Source: Vulcanimicrobiales bacterium
GTDB taxonomy: Bacteria > Vulcanimicrobiota > Vulcanimicrobiia > Vulcanimicrobiales > Vulcanimicrobiaceae
DNA length: 64,000 nucleotides
Reading direction: 5' to 3'
Assembly: GCA_038231455.1 (NCBI GenBank)
Contig: JBBRLI010000006.1
Coordinates: 96,001 to 160,000, forward strand
In this document: piece after piece, positions 1 to 9,809 of the stretch
Numbering within the stretch: position 1 is the first letter of the stretch
Layout: every line of letters starts with the position of its first letter
Program-made: the position numbers and the translations under genes
The notes under the pieces: model-generated
What the model was told of the DNA's origin: nothing
The model's database searches: none
The model's input: only the letters and a program-made list of their open reading frames with translations

Positions 1-2
1 GG

Positions 3-278
3 CTTTTGAAAAAAGATCAGCAACCGCAGACCCATCAATTCCGCAAGAAAGGGTCGGGTATCTGGTGGGACATCGTGTACCGGAACCGGCCATCCGAGGT
101 GCGTGCCTCGAGCGGAAAACTCGTCGAGTACGGAGAGCGTGCCCGTGCCGACACGCGCCTGAACGCGAAGCTCAATTCGATGATCTATGAGATTGAGGCC
201 GGCGAGCGCCGACTCGGCTTTCACAATTTCGACGAACTTGAAGCGTACGTCGCATCGATCGGAAAGACGCTGCCGTGA
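3..278 (+). CDS. C-terminal part of a ketopantoate reductase (PanE/ApbA)-like protein, truncated by window edge
   Basis: Frame open from window start; SGIWWDIVYRNRPSEV...G.LVEYG...T.LN..L..MIYEIEAGER resembles the ApbA C-terminal domain; GTGA overlap with next gene. Confidence 0.55.
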   Translation, partial: LLKKDQQPQTHQFRKKGSGIWWDIVYRNRPSEVRASSGKLVEYGERARADTRLNAKLNSMIYEIEAGERRLGFHNFDELEAYVASIGKTLP

Positions 279-1378
279 GCGCGGCCCCGCTCGGCGTTGG
301 CGTGATCGGGGCGCACCGCTGGGCGGAAGAGGCGCATCTGCCCGGCTATGCCGCGTACGACCGAGCCAAGCTCGTCGCGATCTGCGATGTCGAGCGCGAC
401 CGCGCCGAGGCGATGGCCAAAGCGTTCGGGATTCCGCGCGTCTATACGGATCATCGCGCATTACTCGCCGATCCCGATGTTGCGATGGTCGATGTTTGCA
501 CGCCGACGCACACGCATCTGCCGCTGAGCCTCGATGCGATCGCCGCGGGTAAACACGTCTTGAGTGAGAAGCCGCTCGCCGACCACGCGCGCGATGCGTT
601 CGCCGCTGCTGCTGCCGCCGATGCGCGCGGCGTGCGGACGAAACTCGGGTTTACCTTTCGCTACTCGCCGGCGATGCGACGGCTACGCGAGTGGATCGCC
701 GATGGAACGCTCGGCGAAATTTTCCACATCCACGGTTTCGAGCAGAATTCGCAGTTTCTCGATCCAGATTTTCCGCTGCGCCAAGTACCGCCGGACGCCC
801 CGCGCGGGGAACTGATCCCCGCATCGATCGTCGGGTACGGTTCGCATCTCGTCGACTTGATGCGGTGGTGCGGCGGCGAACTCGCAGCGGTTTGCGGCAC
901 GATGCAAAACTTTATCCCCGAGCGAGTCATCCGCGGCACGCCCGGGCGCCAGCGCATCACAATTGAAGATGGCACCGTGGCAATTGTCGAGTTCGCCTCG
1001 GGCGCGCAAGGCCTCTTGCAAACATCGTTTATCGCCATCGGCAACTATCCGGGCGTCGAGATTCGCGTGTACGGGTCCAAAGGCGCTGCGATCGCTCGAT
1101 TGATCGCCGAACACGGCGTTGCGGAAACGCTGAGGTTTGCAAGTGCGGGTGACGTCGATTTTCGCAGCGTCCCGGCGGAACCCGCGAGTTTTCCGCCGGG
1201 AACCGATCTTGCAACACCCTGGCCCGAGCTGTACTACCGCAACCTCGTTCGGCACTTCGTCGACGAGATCGTCGATGAGCGCGCGCCCGAGTGCACGTTC
1301 TACGATGGAGCGAAGAGCCAAGAGATCGTCAATGCCGTTGTGCGTTCGCATCGAGAGCGGGCTTGGGTGACGATCTGA
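275..1378 (+). CDS. Gfo/Idh/MocA family NAD(P)-dependent oxidoreductase
   Basis: N-terminal GVGVIG Rossmann strand, AGKHVLSEKP motif, GFTFRYSP. Confidence 0.9.
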   Translation: MSAAPLGVGVIGAHRWAEEAHLPGYAAYDRAKLVAICDVERDRAEAMAKAFGIPRVYTDHRALLADPDVAMVDVCTPTHTHLPLSLDAIAAGKHVLSEKPLADHARDAFAAAAAADARGVRTKLGFTFRYSPAMRRLREWIADGTLGEIFHIHGFEQNSQFLDPDFPLRQVPPDAPRGELIPASIVGYGSHLVDLMRWCGGELAAVCGTMQNFIPERVIRGTPGRQRITIEDGTVAIVEFASGAQGLLQTSFIAIGNYPGVEIRVYGSKGAAIARLIAEHGVAETLRFASAGDVDFRSVPAEPASFPPGTDLATPWPELYYRNLVRHFVDEIVDERAPECTFYDGAKSQEIVNAVVRSHRERAWVTI

Positions 1379-2970
1379 GCGCGTTCGATTCGCTCGTCAC
1401 GGACGCGCTGCACGTTTTTTGGAGCCGACATCCGGTCGGTGCTTCGTTTGCAGGTGAAACGGCGTTCGACCACCGGTTGCCCGATGCGTCCGCGGGTGCG
1501 ATCGCAGAAGGCGATGCGCACGTGCGCGACATTCTTCGCCGCTTCGATGACGTTCCGACCCCGGATACGTCGGCGGCGCGCATCGATGCACGAATGCTCC
1601 GGTCGCACTTTGCCGTCGAACTCACGCCGTACGCGCGCCGGGCGCGCTATGAAAATCCCGCGTGGTATACGGGCGAGATCGCCTTTGGGATCATCGCGCA
1701 TCTGTTGCCGTCGGATGTGCCGCGCGACCCGGCGGGCTTGCGCGCGCGGATCGCGGAGATTCCCGACTTTCTGCGCGATGCCAGCGCGCATCTCGCCAAG
1801 CGGCCACTTCCGGCACCATGGGTCGAACGCGCACGCGGTGAAATCGCGGCGATCCGGCGGCTCTTGGAGAACGCGCTACCGCAGCATCCACTTGGGGCGC
1901 TTGTTGATTCCGGAACGACCGCAAACGCGCTCGACGCGCTCGGCCGGTTCGTTACAACGTTCGAGGATGCGCCGGATAGTGCGTTCGCAGCGGGCGAAGC
2001 ACATTTGCAACTCGTGATGCAGAAGCTGCACGCGATCGAGGAAACACCGCAGGCGCTGGAACGGCGCGCACGGCGCGCATTCGACGACGCGCTTGGCGCG
2101 CTCGAAGAGCGCGCGCGTGATCGCGATGCGTCGCGTCCCTGGCGCGATCAGATTCAGTCGATTGGCGAGATCGGTCCCGAGCGTTCCGGTGCCTTGCAAT
2201 CGTACGCGGATTGGCACGCGCGTGCGATGCGCGACGCTCAGACCTTGCTCTCACCCGCCGACGACTATGCCTTAAACTTCGCCGAATTGCCGGCGTGGGC
2301 GGCCCTTATCGCAAACGATTTATATTTCTTGTTCTACCGGTCGCCCGCGGCGCAAAATCCCGGTATTGGAAGCACCTACTGGGTCACACCGCTCGCTGCG
2401 AGCGACGATGAGATCCGCCGCGCACACAATACCGCAGCAGTCAAGCTGATTCACGCGGTGCATCACGGCAGCATCGGGCATCACACCCAAAACGCGCGCG
2501 CCCGCGTAGCTGGCGCGCGAACCGCTCGCATCGCCGGCACCGATGCGGCGAGCGGCATTGCCATGCTGGGTGCCGGAACGATGGTCGAGGGATGGGCGTG
2601 TTACGCCGAGGACCTGCTCGATGAAGTGCCGGGTTTTTATACGGACGGCGAGCAACTGATGCTCGCGTACTTCGAATTGCGGAACGCAGCGAGTTGCATT
2701 GCCGACATCCAACTGCATTTGCAGACGTGGACGCTTGCGGAGATGCGGCGGTTCTACCGTGAGGACGCGGCGTTTGCGCCGTCTCGAATCGGACCCGAGA
2801 CGATCCGCAATTCGATGTTTCCGGGCAGCCGCTTGATGTATTGGTACGGCACCGATGCGATCAAGTCGCTGCGTCGTTCCGTCCCGCTTGCGACAAAGAC
2901 GTTTCACGACACGCTCCTTGGATTTGGTTCGGCCCCCGTCGCCTCGATCGCTCGGGAGATGCTGCGCTGA
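1363..2970 (+). CDS. DUF885 family protein (metallopeptidase-like fold)
   Basis: HAVHHGSIGHH in place of the usual HExxPGHH, EGWACYAE, D.QLH; in-frame TTG at 1363 chosen as start. Confidence 0.75.
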   Translation: MGDDLSAFDSLVTDALHVFWSRHPVGASFAGETAFDHRLPDASAGAIAEGDAHVRDILRRFDDVPTPDTSAARIDARMLRSHFAVELTPYARRARYENPAWYTGEIAFGIIAHLLPSDVPRDPAGLRARIAEIPDFLRDASAHLAKRPLPAPWVERARGEIAAIRRLLENALPQHPLGALVDSGTTANALDALGRFVTTFEDAPDSAFAAGEAHLQLVMQKLHAIEETPQALERRARRAFDDALGALEERARDRDASRPWRDQIQSIGEIGPERSGALQSYADWHARAMRDAQTLLSPADDYALNFAELPAWAALIANDLYFLFYRSPAAQNPGIGSTYWVTPLAASDDEIRRAHNTAAVKLIHAVHHGSIGHHTQNARARVAGARTARIAGTDAASGIAMLGAGTMVEGWACYAEDLLDEVPGFYTDGEQLMLAYFELRNAASCIADIQLHLQTWTLAEMRRFYREDAAFAPSRIGPETIRNSMFPGSRLMYWYGTDAIKSLRRSVPLATKTFHDTLLGFGSAPVASIAREMLR

Positions 2971-4592
2971 TGTTTTGTCGTCCGATGCTGGCTTTGGCGA
3001 TGGCGCTGCTCGCGCTTGGCGGATGTTCGCCGGGGGGCAACACCGGACGTGACGGTCGCGCGCACTGGCTGCGAATCGCGACCGGTCTTGGCGACCCGAA
3101 CAGCCTTAACATTCACTTCGACCCATCGGGTACGACGGGTGACGTCGCCGAACTCACGCAGGCCTACTTCGTGCGCTACGATCGCTTCGCAAAACCGGTC
3201 CCCGAACTGATCACTGAAATACCGACGCAAGCAAATCACGGAATCAGTTCGGACGGCAAGACGATTACCTGGCACTTGCGTCAAGGTGTCAAATGGTCCG
3301 ATGGTGAGCCGTTCACCGGCGATGATGTGGTGTTCACGGTCAACGCGATCAACAATCCCGCAAACAACGAAGAACAAGGAACGTCGGGCTGGGAAGAGAT
3401 CGCATCGATGGATCAGCCGGGCACCTACACGGTGCGCTTCCATCTCAAGCGGTCGTACGGAAGTTACTTGCCGCTGTATTTTGGTACGGCGTCAAACGAA
3501 CCGTGCATTCTGCCGAAGCATCTCCTGGGTTCGTTGCCCAACATCAATACCGCAGCGTACAATGCCAAACCCGTTGGCATCGGTCCCTTTCGCATCACGG
3601 CGTGGCGGCGCGGCGATGCAATCGAGATGGAAGCCAATCCCAACTACTGGCGCGGAAAACCAAAACTCGCCGGCATCACCTTCAAGTTACTTGCGTCCCA
3701 AGAGACGCTCGTGACGCAGATGCAGACGGGCGAGGTCGATCTCTGGCCGCTCTTGCCGCCGAGCTACGCTGAGCGGCTGCGCGGCGTGCCATCGCTCACC
3801 GTGAAAACTGAGCCGAATTACCGCACCACCAATCTTGATTTCGTCTATACACGTCCGATCGTTGCGGATCTCCGCTTCCGTCAGGCGATACGCGCGGCGC
3901 TGGATCGCCCTCGCATGGTAAGAACCGTGCTGCATGGATACGGCTCCGTTCACGATGGCGTGGTGATTCCACTCGATCCGCCGGGCGAACATGACGCGAT
4001 CACAGCGTACGATCCGTCGAACGCGCGCCGTCTACTCGATTCGACGGGTTGGCATCTCGGCGCCGATGGCATTCGCGTCAAGAACGGCGAGCGACTCGTA
4101 ATGCATCTGGTGTATCAGATTGGAACCGTGGAGATCGAGCAGACCGTCGAAGACGTTCGTGCGATGCTCAAAGATGTCGGAGTTGAAGTTTCTTCGCGGA
4201 AGTATGCGCCCAATCTCTTCCGGGCACCGGCGAATATGGGCGGCATTCTCTATGGCGGGAAGTTCGAGATGGCGATCTATCCTCGCACGCTGCAAGCCGT
4301 CTCCGATGTCAACGGACTGTACGGATGTGCGACCGTGCCGCCGCACGGCGAGAATGCCACACGATATTGCAATCCGGCGGTCGACCGTCTGATCGTCGAT
4401 GTCGAGAACTCGTACGATGACGCGCTGCGACGCAAGCTCTTCGCGCACGTCCAGGAGAAAATCGTGACGGACGTTCCAACGATCATGCTCTACGTTTGGC
4501 GTGGTGGTTATGCGTACAATAAAAACGTGAAGGGTCTGCAGCCGCCCATCCTCACGCCGTTCGATGATATGATGAATGTCGATGTGGAGTAG
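2970..4592 (+). CDS. Peptide/nickel ABC transporter substrate-binding lipoprotein (SBP family 5)
   Basis: Lipobox LGGC; LRQGVKWSDGEPFTGDDVVFT signature; PVGIGPF; TGATG coupling to upstream gene. Confidence 0.9.
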   Translation: MFCRPMLALAMALLALGGCSPGGNTGRDGRAHWLRIATGLGDPNSLNIHFDPSGTTGDVAELTQAYFVRYDRFAKPVPELITEIPTQANHGISSDGKTITWHLRQGVKWSDGEPFTGDDVVFTVNAINNPANNEEQGTSGWEEIASMDQPGTYTVRFHLKRSYGSYLPLYFGTASNEPCILPKHLLGSLPNINTAAYNAKPVGIGPFRITAWRRGDAIEMEANPNYWRGKPKLAGITFKLLASQETLVTQMQTGEVDLWPLLPPSYAERLRGVPSLTVKTEPNYRTTNLDFVYTRPIVADLRFRQAIRAALDRPRMVRTVLHGYGSVHDGVVIPLDPPGEHDAITAYDPSNARRLLDSTGWHLGADGIRVKNGERLVMHLVYQIGTVEIEQTVEDVRAMLKDVGVEVSSRKYAPNLFRAPANMGGILYGGKFEMAIYPRTLQAVSDVNGLYGCATVPPHGENATRYCNPAVDRLIVDVENSYDDALRRKLFAHVQEKIVTDVPTIMLYVWRGGYAYNKNVKGLQPPILTPFDDMMNVDVE

Positions 4593-4595
4593 TCG

Positions 4596-5627
4596 TTGGT
4601 TGTCATGATTTCAAGCCCGCTCGAAGCGGAACTCGTCGAGCGCGTGCGCGCCGTCGATGGCGTGAGCGAAGTGCTGTACGATTCGGCGCTCCTACCCGAA
4701 ATTCGTTACCCAAACGATCATGGCGGACGACCGCGCAAGCGCGACGCTGCGGGTGACGCTAAATGGAATACGATGATCGCTCGCGCGAACGTCCTCTTCG
4801 GATACCCGGATGAGAGCAGCGCGGGGCTTCGGGAGTCGCTCGAACTCGGCCAAGCCGTTCGTTTCGTTCAAGGGACCTCCGCGGGCATGGGCGCCCACGT
4901 GCGCCGTGCACAGTTCGATGCAGCGACCCTTGCCCGCGTGCGATTTGCATCGGCCGCGGGGGTGCATGCGGGGATGCTTGCTGAATTCGTTTTTTACGGT
5001 TTGCTCGCGCTGCGAAAAGACGCCCGGCGGCTCCAGCGGATTCGAGACGCGCGTGGGTGGGATCATTTCGTCATGGGTGAGCTCGATGGCTCGACGATCG
5101 GAATTCTCGGAATGGGCCAGATCGGCGTCGCGATCGCGAAGCGTGCACGCGCTTTCGGGATGTCGGTGATCGCAGTGAACCGGACGGGTGCACCGCACGA
5201 CCTCGCTGATCGGACGGTCGCGATGAGCCAACTGCTCGCGATCGCTCCGGAATGTGATGCGATCGTCGTGACCTTACCAATTACCGATTTGACGACCGGA
5301 CTAGTAAATGCATCCGTTGTCGCCGCCCTTCCAAAACATGCGATCGTCGTAAATGTCGGGCGTGGTGCGGTAATCGATCAAATGGCGCTGATCGACGCGC
5401 TCACGGAAGGCCGACTTACGGGTGCCGTGCTCGATGTGTTCACGGAAGAGCCGCTTCCGGCGGACAATCCGCTGTGGACGATGGACAACGTGATTTTCAG
5501 TCCGCATACCGCTGCCATTTCGATGCGTGAGAACGTTCGTATCGTCGATGTATTCTGCGAGAATCTCAAGCGGTTACGGAACGGTGCAGCGTTGAAAAAC
5601 GCGCTTAATTTGACTGAGTTCTACTAG
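4596..5627 (+). CDS. D-2-hydroxyacid dehydrogenase family protein
   Basis: GMGQIG NAD motif, VNVGRG, LDVFTEEPL, SPHTA catalytic His. Confidence 0.9.
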   Translation: MVVMISSPLEAELVERVRAVDGVSEVLYDSALLPEIRYPNDHGGRPRKRDAAGDAKWNTMIARANVLFGYPDESSAGLRESLELGQAVRFVQGTSAGMGAHVRRAQFDAATLARVRFASAAGVHAGMLAEFVFYGLLALRKDARRLQRIRDARGWDHFVMGELDGSTIGILGMGQIGVAIAKRARAFGMSVIAVNRTGAPHDLADRTVAMSQLLAIAPECDAIVVTLPITDLTTGLVNASVVAALPKHAIVVNVGRGAVIDQMALIDALTEGRLTGAVLDVFTEEPLPADNPLWTMDNVIFSPHTAAISMRENVRIVDVFCENLKRLRNGAALKNALNLTEFY

Positions 5628-5830
5628 GGCGATTCGCTCGCTCGCTACGTTTCGTCTTGAAGTGCGGGGGTAGAAATCTTTCGCGACCACCACACGTACG
5701 ACGACAGCGGTAACAAGGGCCCGCGAGGCGTCGGCGGCGAGCAGGCTTTTCGTCCTTTCGACCTGCACGCAGTGGTGCGCATTCGATCCGCCGTGCCGCC
5801 CGCACGGCCCCTCTGAATCGAGGACGAACG

Positions 5831-6421
5831 ATGGACGAACAAGACGGACAGAGTGAGGGCAAGCGAGCCCGAGACGAGATACTCGACCGGGTCTTACTTC
5901 CCGCCTGGATTGCCTGCGGATTTATGGACTATCTCGTTCACCGTCGATCGCGAATCGAAACCACCAGCGGAACCCACGAATCGCTGACCCATCTGCTGAT
6001 GCTCGCGTCTGCGTCCAGCGGCGTGCTCGCTCGGTTATTCTTTGAATCGAATGAGTCGGTGATCGCAATCATGGGTGCCTCGGCGCTTGCACATGAGGCA
6101 ATCGTTCTGTGGGATATCGCGTACGCAACAAAAGCGCGACCACCGTCGGCGACCGAGCAGCACATACATAGCTTCCTCGAAGTACTGCCGTTCACGCAAT
6201 TGGCATTAACGGTGTGCGCGCATCCCAAACCAACCGCGGCACTCATCGGACTTGGCTTCCGGAAACGGCGGCTTGTTTTGCAGCCGAAGAAGGCGATCTT
6301 CACGCCGTTTAACGTGACGATCGTGTTAGCGGCGACGATCTTTCAAATCGTACCGTACGTGGAAGAATTCATTCGTTGCTATCGACATTGGCCGTCGCTT
6401 CTGCCGCGACGACTTGCCTGA
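5831..6421 (+). CDS. Hypothetical membrane protein with several His-containing segments
   Basis: GAGGA RBS; several hydrophobic helices; HRRSRIE..SG..ES..H and EQHIHSFLE segments. Confidence 0.65.
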   Translation: MDEQDGQSEGKRARDEILDRVLLPAWIACGFMDYLVHRRSRIETTSGTHESLTHLLMLASASSGVLARLFFESNESVIAIMGASALAHEAIVLWDIAYATKARPPSATEQHIHSFLEVLPFTQLALTVCAHPKPTAALIGLGFRKRRLVLQPKKAIFTPFNVTIVLAATIFQIVPYVEEFIRCYRHWPSLLPRRLA

Positions 6422-6608
6422 ATCGAAATGGTTCGCTCAGGAGACGCGCGCGATACTCCTCATCTTGCTTGAGAACGCTGTTTACGACGTCGCCTGCATT
6501 CAACGTGCACGCACAAGCCGCACCGAAATTCCGCATCGACGAGCATCCGTCGGCCGAATGGATGCCGATTGCATGGTGACAGGAGTTGCAAGTCAGTAAC
6601 GCATCCAT
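6369..6608 (-). CDS. Small Cys/His-rich putative zinc-binding protein
   Basis: AAGGA RBS before ATG 6608; C-x2-C-x-H-x4-H-x4-C-x9-C-x-C; 53-bp convergent overlap with upstream gene. Confidence 0.55.
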   Translation of the reverse strand: MDALLTCNSCHHAIGIHSADGCSSMRNFGAACACTLNAGDVVNSVLKQDEEYRARLLSEPFRFRQVVAAEATANVDSNE

Positions 6609-6751
6609 GGAGGCATCCTTTTGCGGCAAGAAAGTGATTGCTTCGTTCCCCTGAATCTAAAGTTTAAACACCTAGGGGGCGGTAGCCGCGTTTTTCGGCC
6701 CGGGCGCGAGCCAAACGCAAAAATGCGACGTGCCGATTCGTCGATCCAAAG

Positions 6752-7315
6752 CTATGAAGCTGGAATATCTTTTGCCGCGATAATCGCTCGAGATCCGAGA
6801 ATGATCGCGCGGGCAATATCCGCTGAGGTGCACGTTGTCGAATCGTCAAGCCAGGAGACGATCGGCGCGATTGTAACGGCGGCGATTTGCACTGCGACCA
6901 AGCGTAGCGGCAATCGCGGCTTCCCGCCGCCGGTCGCGCATCGGGCTCGCAAGCCTTCTTCGATAAGTTCTGTTAAAAGCGATAGGGCCAAGGTGTTCGC
7001 TGACCCGCTCAGCAGCGCGCTGGCAAGGCGGCGTTGTTCCCACATGTGGGCGATCATACGTTCGACGGCCACGATGTCGCCGTGCACGTGCGCGTTTGCA
7101 AGAATTGCGAGTAGCGGGACGAGACTCTCCCGCAGCATGTGTTCTTTATTTTCAAACTGTTCGTAAAACGTTGAGCGTCCAACGTCGGCGAGAGCGACGA
7201 TATCGAGAACCGTGACATCATCGTATCCGCGTTCGAGCAGCAGACGATCGAAAGCGGTTATGAGCGAATTGCGCGTTCGTTCGCTTCGGCGGTCTGCTTT
7301 TGGCGGCTTAAACAT
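6752..7315 (-). CDS. TetR/AcrR family transcriptional regulator
   Basis: DRRSERTR...GYDDVTVLDIVALADVGRSTFY HTH; start taken at ATG 7315. Confidence 0.9.
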   Translation of the reverse strand: MFKPPKADRRSERTRNSLITAFDRLLLERGYDDVTVLDIVALADVGRSTFYEQFENKEHMLRESLVPLLAILANAHVHGDIVAVERMIAHMWEQRRLASALLSGSANTLALSLLTELIEEGLRARCATGGGKPRLPLRLVAVQIAAVTIAPIVSWLDDSTTCTSADIARAIILGSRAIIAAKDIPAS

Positions 7316-7325
7316 CGGATTTACC

Positions 7326-7351
7326 CCGGACATTACGATGAATGTGTCCGG
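7326..7351. promoter_or_regulatory. Candidate TetR operator (inverted repeat)
   Basis: CCGGACA-N12-TGTCCGG between the divergent TetR and membrane-protein genes. Confidence 0.5.
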
Positions 7352-7438
7352 AAGCGGACAACCCATTCCTCACATTCTTGTTTCGCCGCAGAGACGCTGT
7401 TATCGTTTTCCCGAATCGCTAACGTCTGGAGACGAAGC

Positions 7439-8113
7439 ATGGAAGTATCGACCGAGCCGAGCGACGGGCTTCCGCGGGGACACGTGGCCGGGGTGGTGAT
7501 CCTCACGTGTACCGCGCTGACGCTCTTCGCAATCGCGCATCATCCGACCGTACGGCATTCCACAATCGAGACCGGGATCGTGCAGATCGTGCGACTAGCG
7601 TCGCTCGACCGTCTGGTCCATGGAGCCCTAATTACCATCACGCTAGCACTCGATTTTGCTTTCGTGGTGTTTGCGATACGTTGCGGCATCTACCGGCAGA
7701 GTGTGATCGCGGGCCTGATTGCCTACGCGGTCGGCTCCGCCGCGATTATCGGCGCGGCGCTCGTCGATGGTTTCGTCATTCCCCTGATCGCCGAGCAGTA
7801 CGTTTCGCTCTCCCGTGGGATGACGGCGGCTGCGATCATGTTTTCGTTCTGTTCCTTCGAGATCGAAGCGCTCACCCGGTTCGGTCTTATCGCGACGTCC
7901 GTGGCGATTTTTGCGTGGTCCGTCCCGTTGGCGCGTCGAGCTGGTTCACTCCGACCTGCTGGCGTTGCGGGCGTCCTTTCGGCGATTGTTTCTCTTGTGA
8001 TTTTGGCGATGACGCGCACACCGCTCGATCCGGCGACCCTGACGCTGCTTCTCGGCGCACAAGGCATTTGGAATGTAGCGGCGGCGGTCATGCTGTTACG
8101 ACGCAGTCTTTAA
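7439..8113 (+). CDS. Hypothetical integral membrane protein (about 6 TM)
   Basis: GGAG RBS; hydrophobic helices; AHHP and LVHG motifs; divergent from TetR. Confidence 0.7.
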   Translation: MEVSTEPSDGLPRGHVAGVVILTCTALTLFAIAHHPTVRHSTIETGIVQIVRLASLDRLVHGALITITLALDFAFVVFAIRCGIYRQSVIAGLIAYAVGSAAIIGAALVDGFVIPLIAEQYVSLSRGMTAAAIMFSFCSFEIEALTRFGLIATSVAIFAWSVPLARRAGSLRPAGVAGVLSAIVSLVILAMTRTPLDPATLTLLLGAQGIWNVAAAVMLLRRSL

Positions 8114-8133
8114 GTCATCGACGTCGCTTTCGG

Positions 8134-8526
8134 CTACTTGACGATTTCTTTGATGTTGGCAGTGCCGCTCTTTCCGCCGGCCATCACGTTTATTGCAAAG
8201 TCCCACTCGGTTGCATAGTTGAGCGTCGTCTGTACCGAATATGTGCCGTCGCCGTTATCCGTGGCGTTGAGTTTTGGGCCTGCCATCGACATCGTCGGCA
8301 TATCGCTTTTGATTGAGACGATCGCGTCCTTGAGTGGACTGCTGTTCGCGTCTTTGACCGTGAAGGTGATCGTCTCCGGGCCTTGCTTGGGCGGATCCGG
8401 CGAGAATTGGGTCGCGACTTTGAAGTCGCCGGCATCTTGAAACGTTGCCGTGGCGACATCGGACTTGGGCGAGCATGCTGACAAGACGCTCGCGAAGATC
8501 ACGGGGATAACGAGACGGGCATTCAT
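8134..8526 (-). CDS. YtkA/FixH-like lipoprotein, putative periplasmic metal chaperone
   Basis: Lipobox LSAC; PDPPKQG, DMPTMSM, GDGTY, EWDF; last gene of efflux operon (ATGA overlap). Confidence 0.75.
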   Translation of the reverse strand: MNARLVIPVIFASVLSACSPKSDVATATFQDAGDFKVATQFSPDPPKQGPETITFTVKDANSSPLKDAIVSIKSDMPTMSMAGPKLNATDNGDGTYSVQTTLNYATEWDFAINVMAGGKSGTANIKEIVK

Positions 8527-9809
8527 TCTGGTCGATCTCCTGGAGTGAGGGGAGGTGTGGTAAAATCGCCGGCGGCGTGCTGGACGGCTGATACGGCAAG
8601 ATCGTAGCGCGCAAGACTACGCACGACCGCTTCGCGCGCCGATGCAGTCACGGCGAGCGCATCGAGCGTCTCCGTTTCGATTGCCTTGCCAGCTTGCCGG
8701 CGTAAAAAAGAAAGTCGAAGCTGCTCTTCTGCATCGGTCTGGCCCGCGGTTGCCGTTGATAAATTTCGTGTCGCCGCCTCGAGCTCGCGCCACGCATCGG
8801 CGACATCGCGCTTGGTGGCGCTTCGCACTTGGTCGCGTGCAGTGACCGCTTTGTCGAAGTCGGCTTGCGCTTTCGAGCGTGTCGATTGCCGCGCCGAGCC
8901 ATCGAGCACCGGCAACGCGATCGTGAGTTGGAGTTGACTACCGCTTGGGCCGAGGTTCGGAACGGACCGCCCGTTATACGTTTGCACCGTAAGCGTCGCG
9001 TTCGGTGTGTATGCGGCGTGGGCGGATGCAATCGAACTTTGAAGCGCGCGTATCCGCTGCTCCGCGACGAGGATTCCCGGCCGTCGTGCAAGCGCACGGT
9101 CGAGCACCGCCGCGCGCGTTTGGTCAAACACGACGCGGGCAAGCGGATCGACGGAAAAATCCGTTCGGTCGAGATCGAGCACGGCGGCCAGGTCGAATGA
9201 TGCTTGATCGCGCTCCGCGCGCGCATCTTCGAGTCCTTGCCGCGCTGTCGCCAAGGCTGCCCGGCTGCGAAGGGTGGCGAATTTTGCGGACTTCCCCGCT
9301 GCGACGCGTTGCTCGGTAAGGCGAAGTTGCGCTTCTTGATCGGTGAGTGAAGCCGTCCGGCTAAGAACGATCGCATCGGCAAGTTGAATGCGGCGATAGG
9401 CGGCAATCGTCGTGAATACCGCGTCATTCGTCGATGCGTCAACACTTGCTTCGGCGGCGCGTGCATTCTGTACGGCCGCACGCGCTGCAAGCGCTGTCGC
9501 CGGTGTAAAGAGCGGGACCGAGAGCGTTGCTGCGCCGTAAGCTTGTCGCGCGATCGGTAATCCAAGTTGCGGCTCGTTCCCCGCTAACAGATTCGCGCTG
9601 ATGCCGATTTGCGGACGCAGCGTTGCAGCCGCAGCGTTGGCGTCCGCTCGGGCCGATGCCGCATCGGCACGCGCCATGCGAATGTCGAAGCCGGCGGAGC
9701 GAACGCGCGTGAGGGCCTCTTCGAGCGTAAAAGTATGCGGTGTCTGCGCTGAGAACGCCGGCAACGCGCAAACGAGAACAAAGACGCACGTGAAGGCAAT
9801 CCTACGCAT
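8523..9809 (-). CDS. TolC family outer membrane efflux protein
   Basis: Signal peptide MRRIAF..., FTLEEAL, two helical repeats, A.YD...A C-terminal pattern; start at ATG 9809. Confidence 0.85.
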   Translation of the reverse strand: MRRIAFTCVFVLVCALPAFSAQTPHTFTLEEALTRVRSAGFDIRMARADAASARADANAAAATLRPQIGISANLLAGNEPQLGLPIARQAYGAATLSVPLFTPATALAARAAVQNARAAEASVDASTNDAVFTTIAAYRRIQLADAIVLSRTASLTDQEAQLRLTEQRVAAGKSAKFATLRSRAALATARQGLEDARAERDQASFDLAAVLDLDRTDFSVDPLARVVFDQTRAAVLDRALARRPGILVAEQRIRALQSSIASAHAAYTPNATLTVQTYNGRSVPNLGPSGSQLQLTIALPVLDGSARQSTRSKAQADFDKAVTARDQVRSATKRDVADAWRELEAATRNLSTATAGQTDAEEQLRLSFLRRQAGKAIETETLDALAVTASAREAVVRSLARYDLAVSAVQHAAGDFTTPPLTPGDRPE

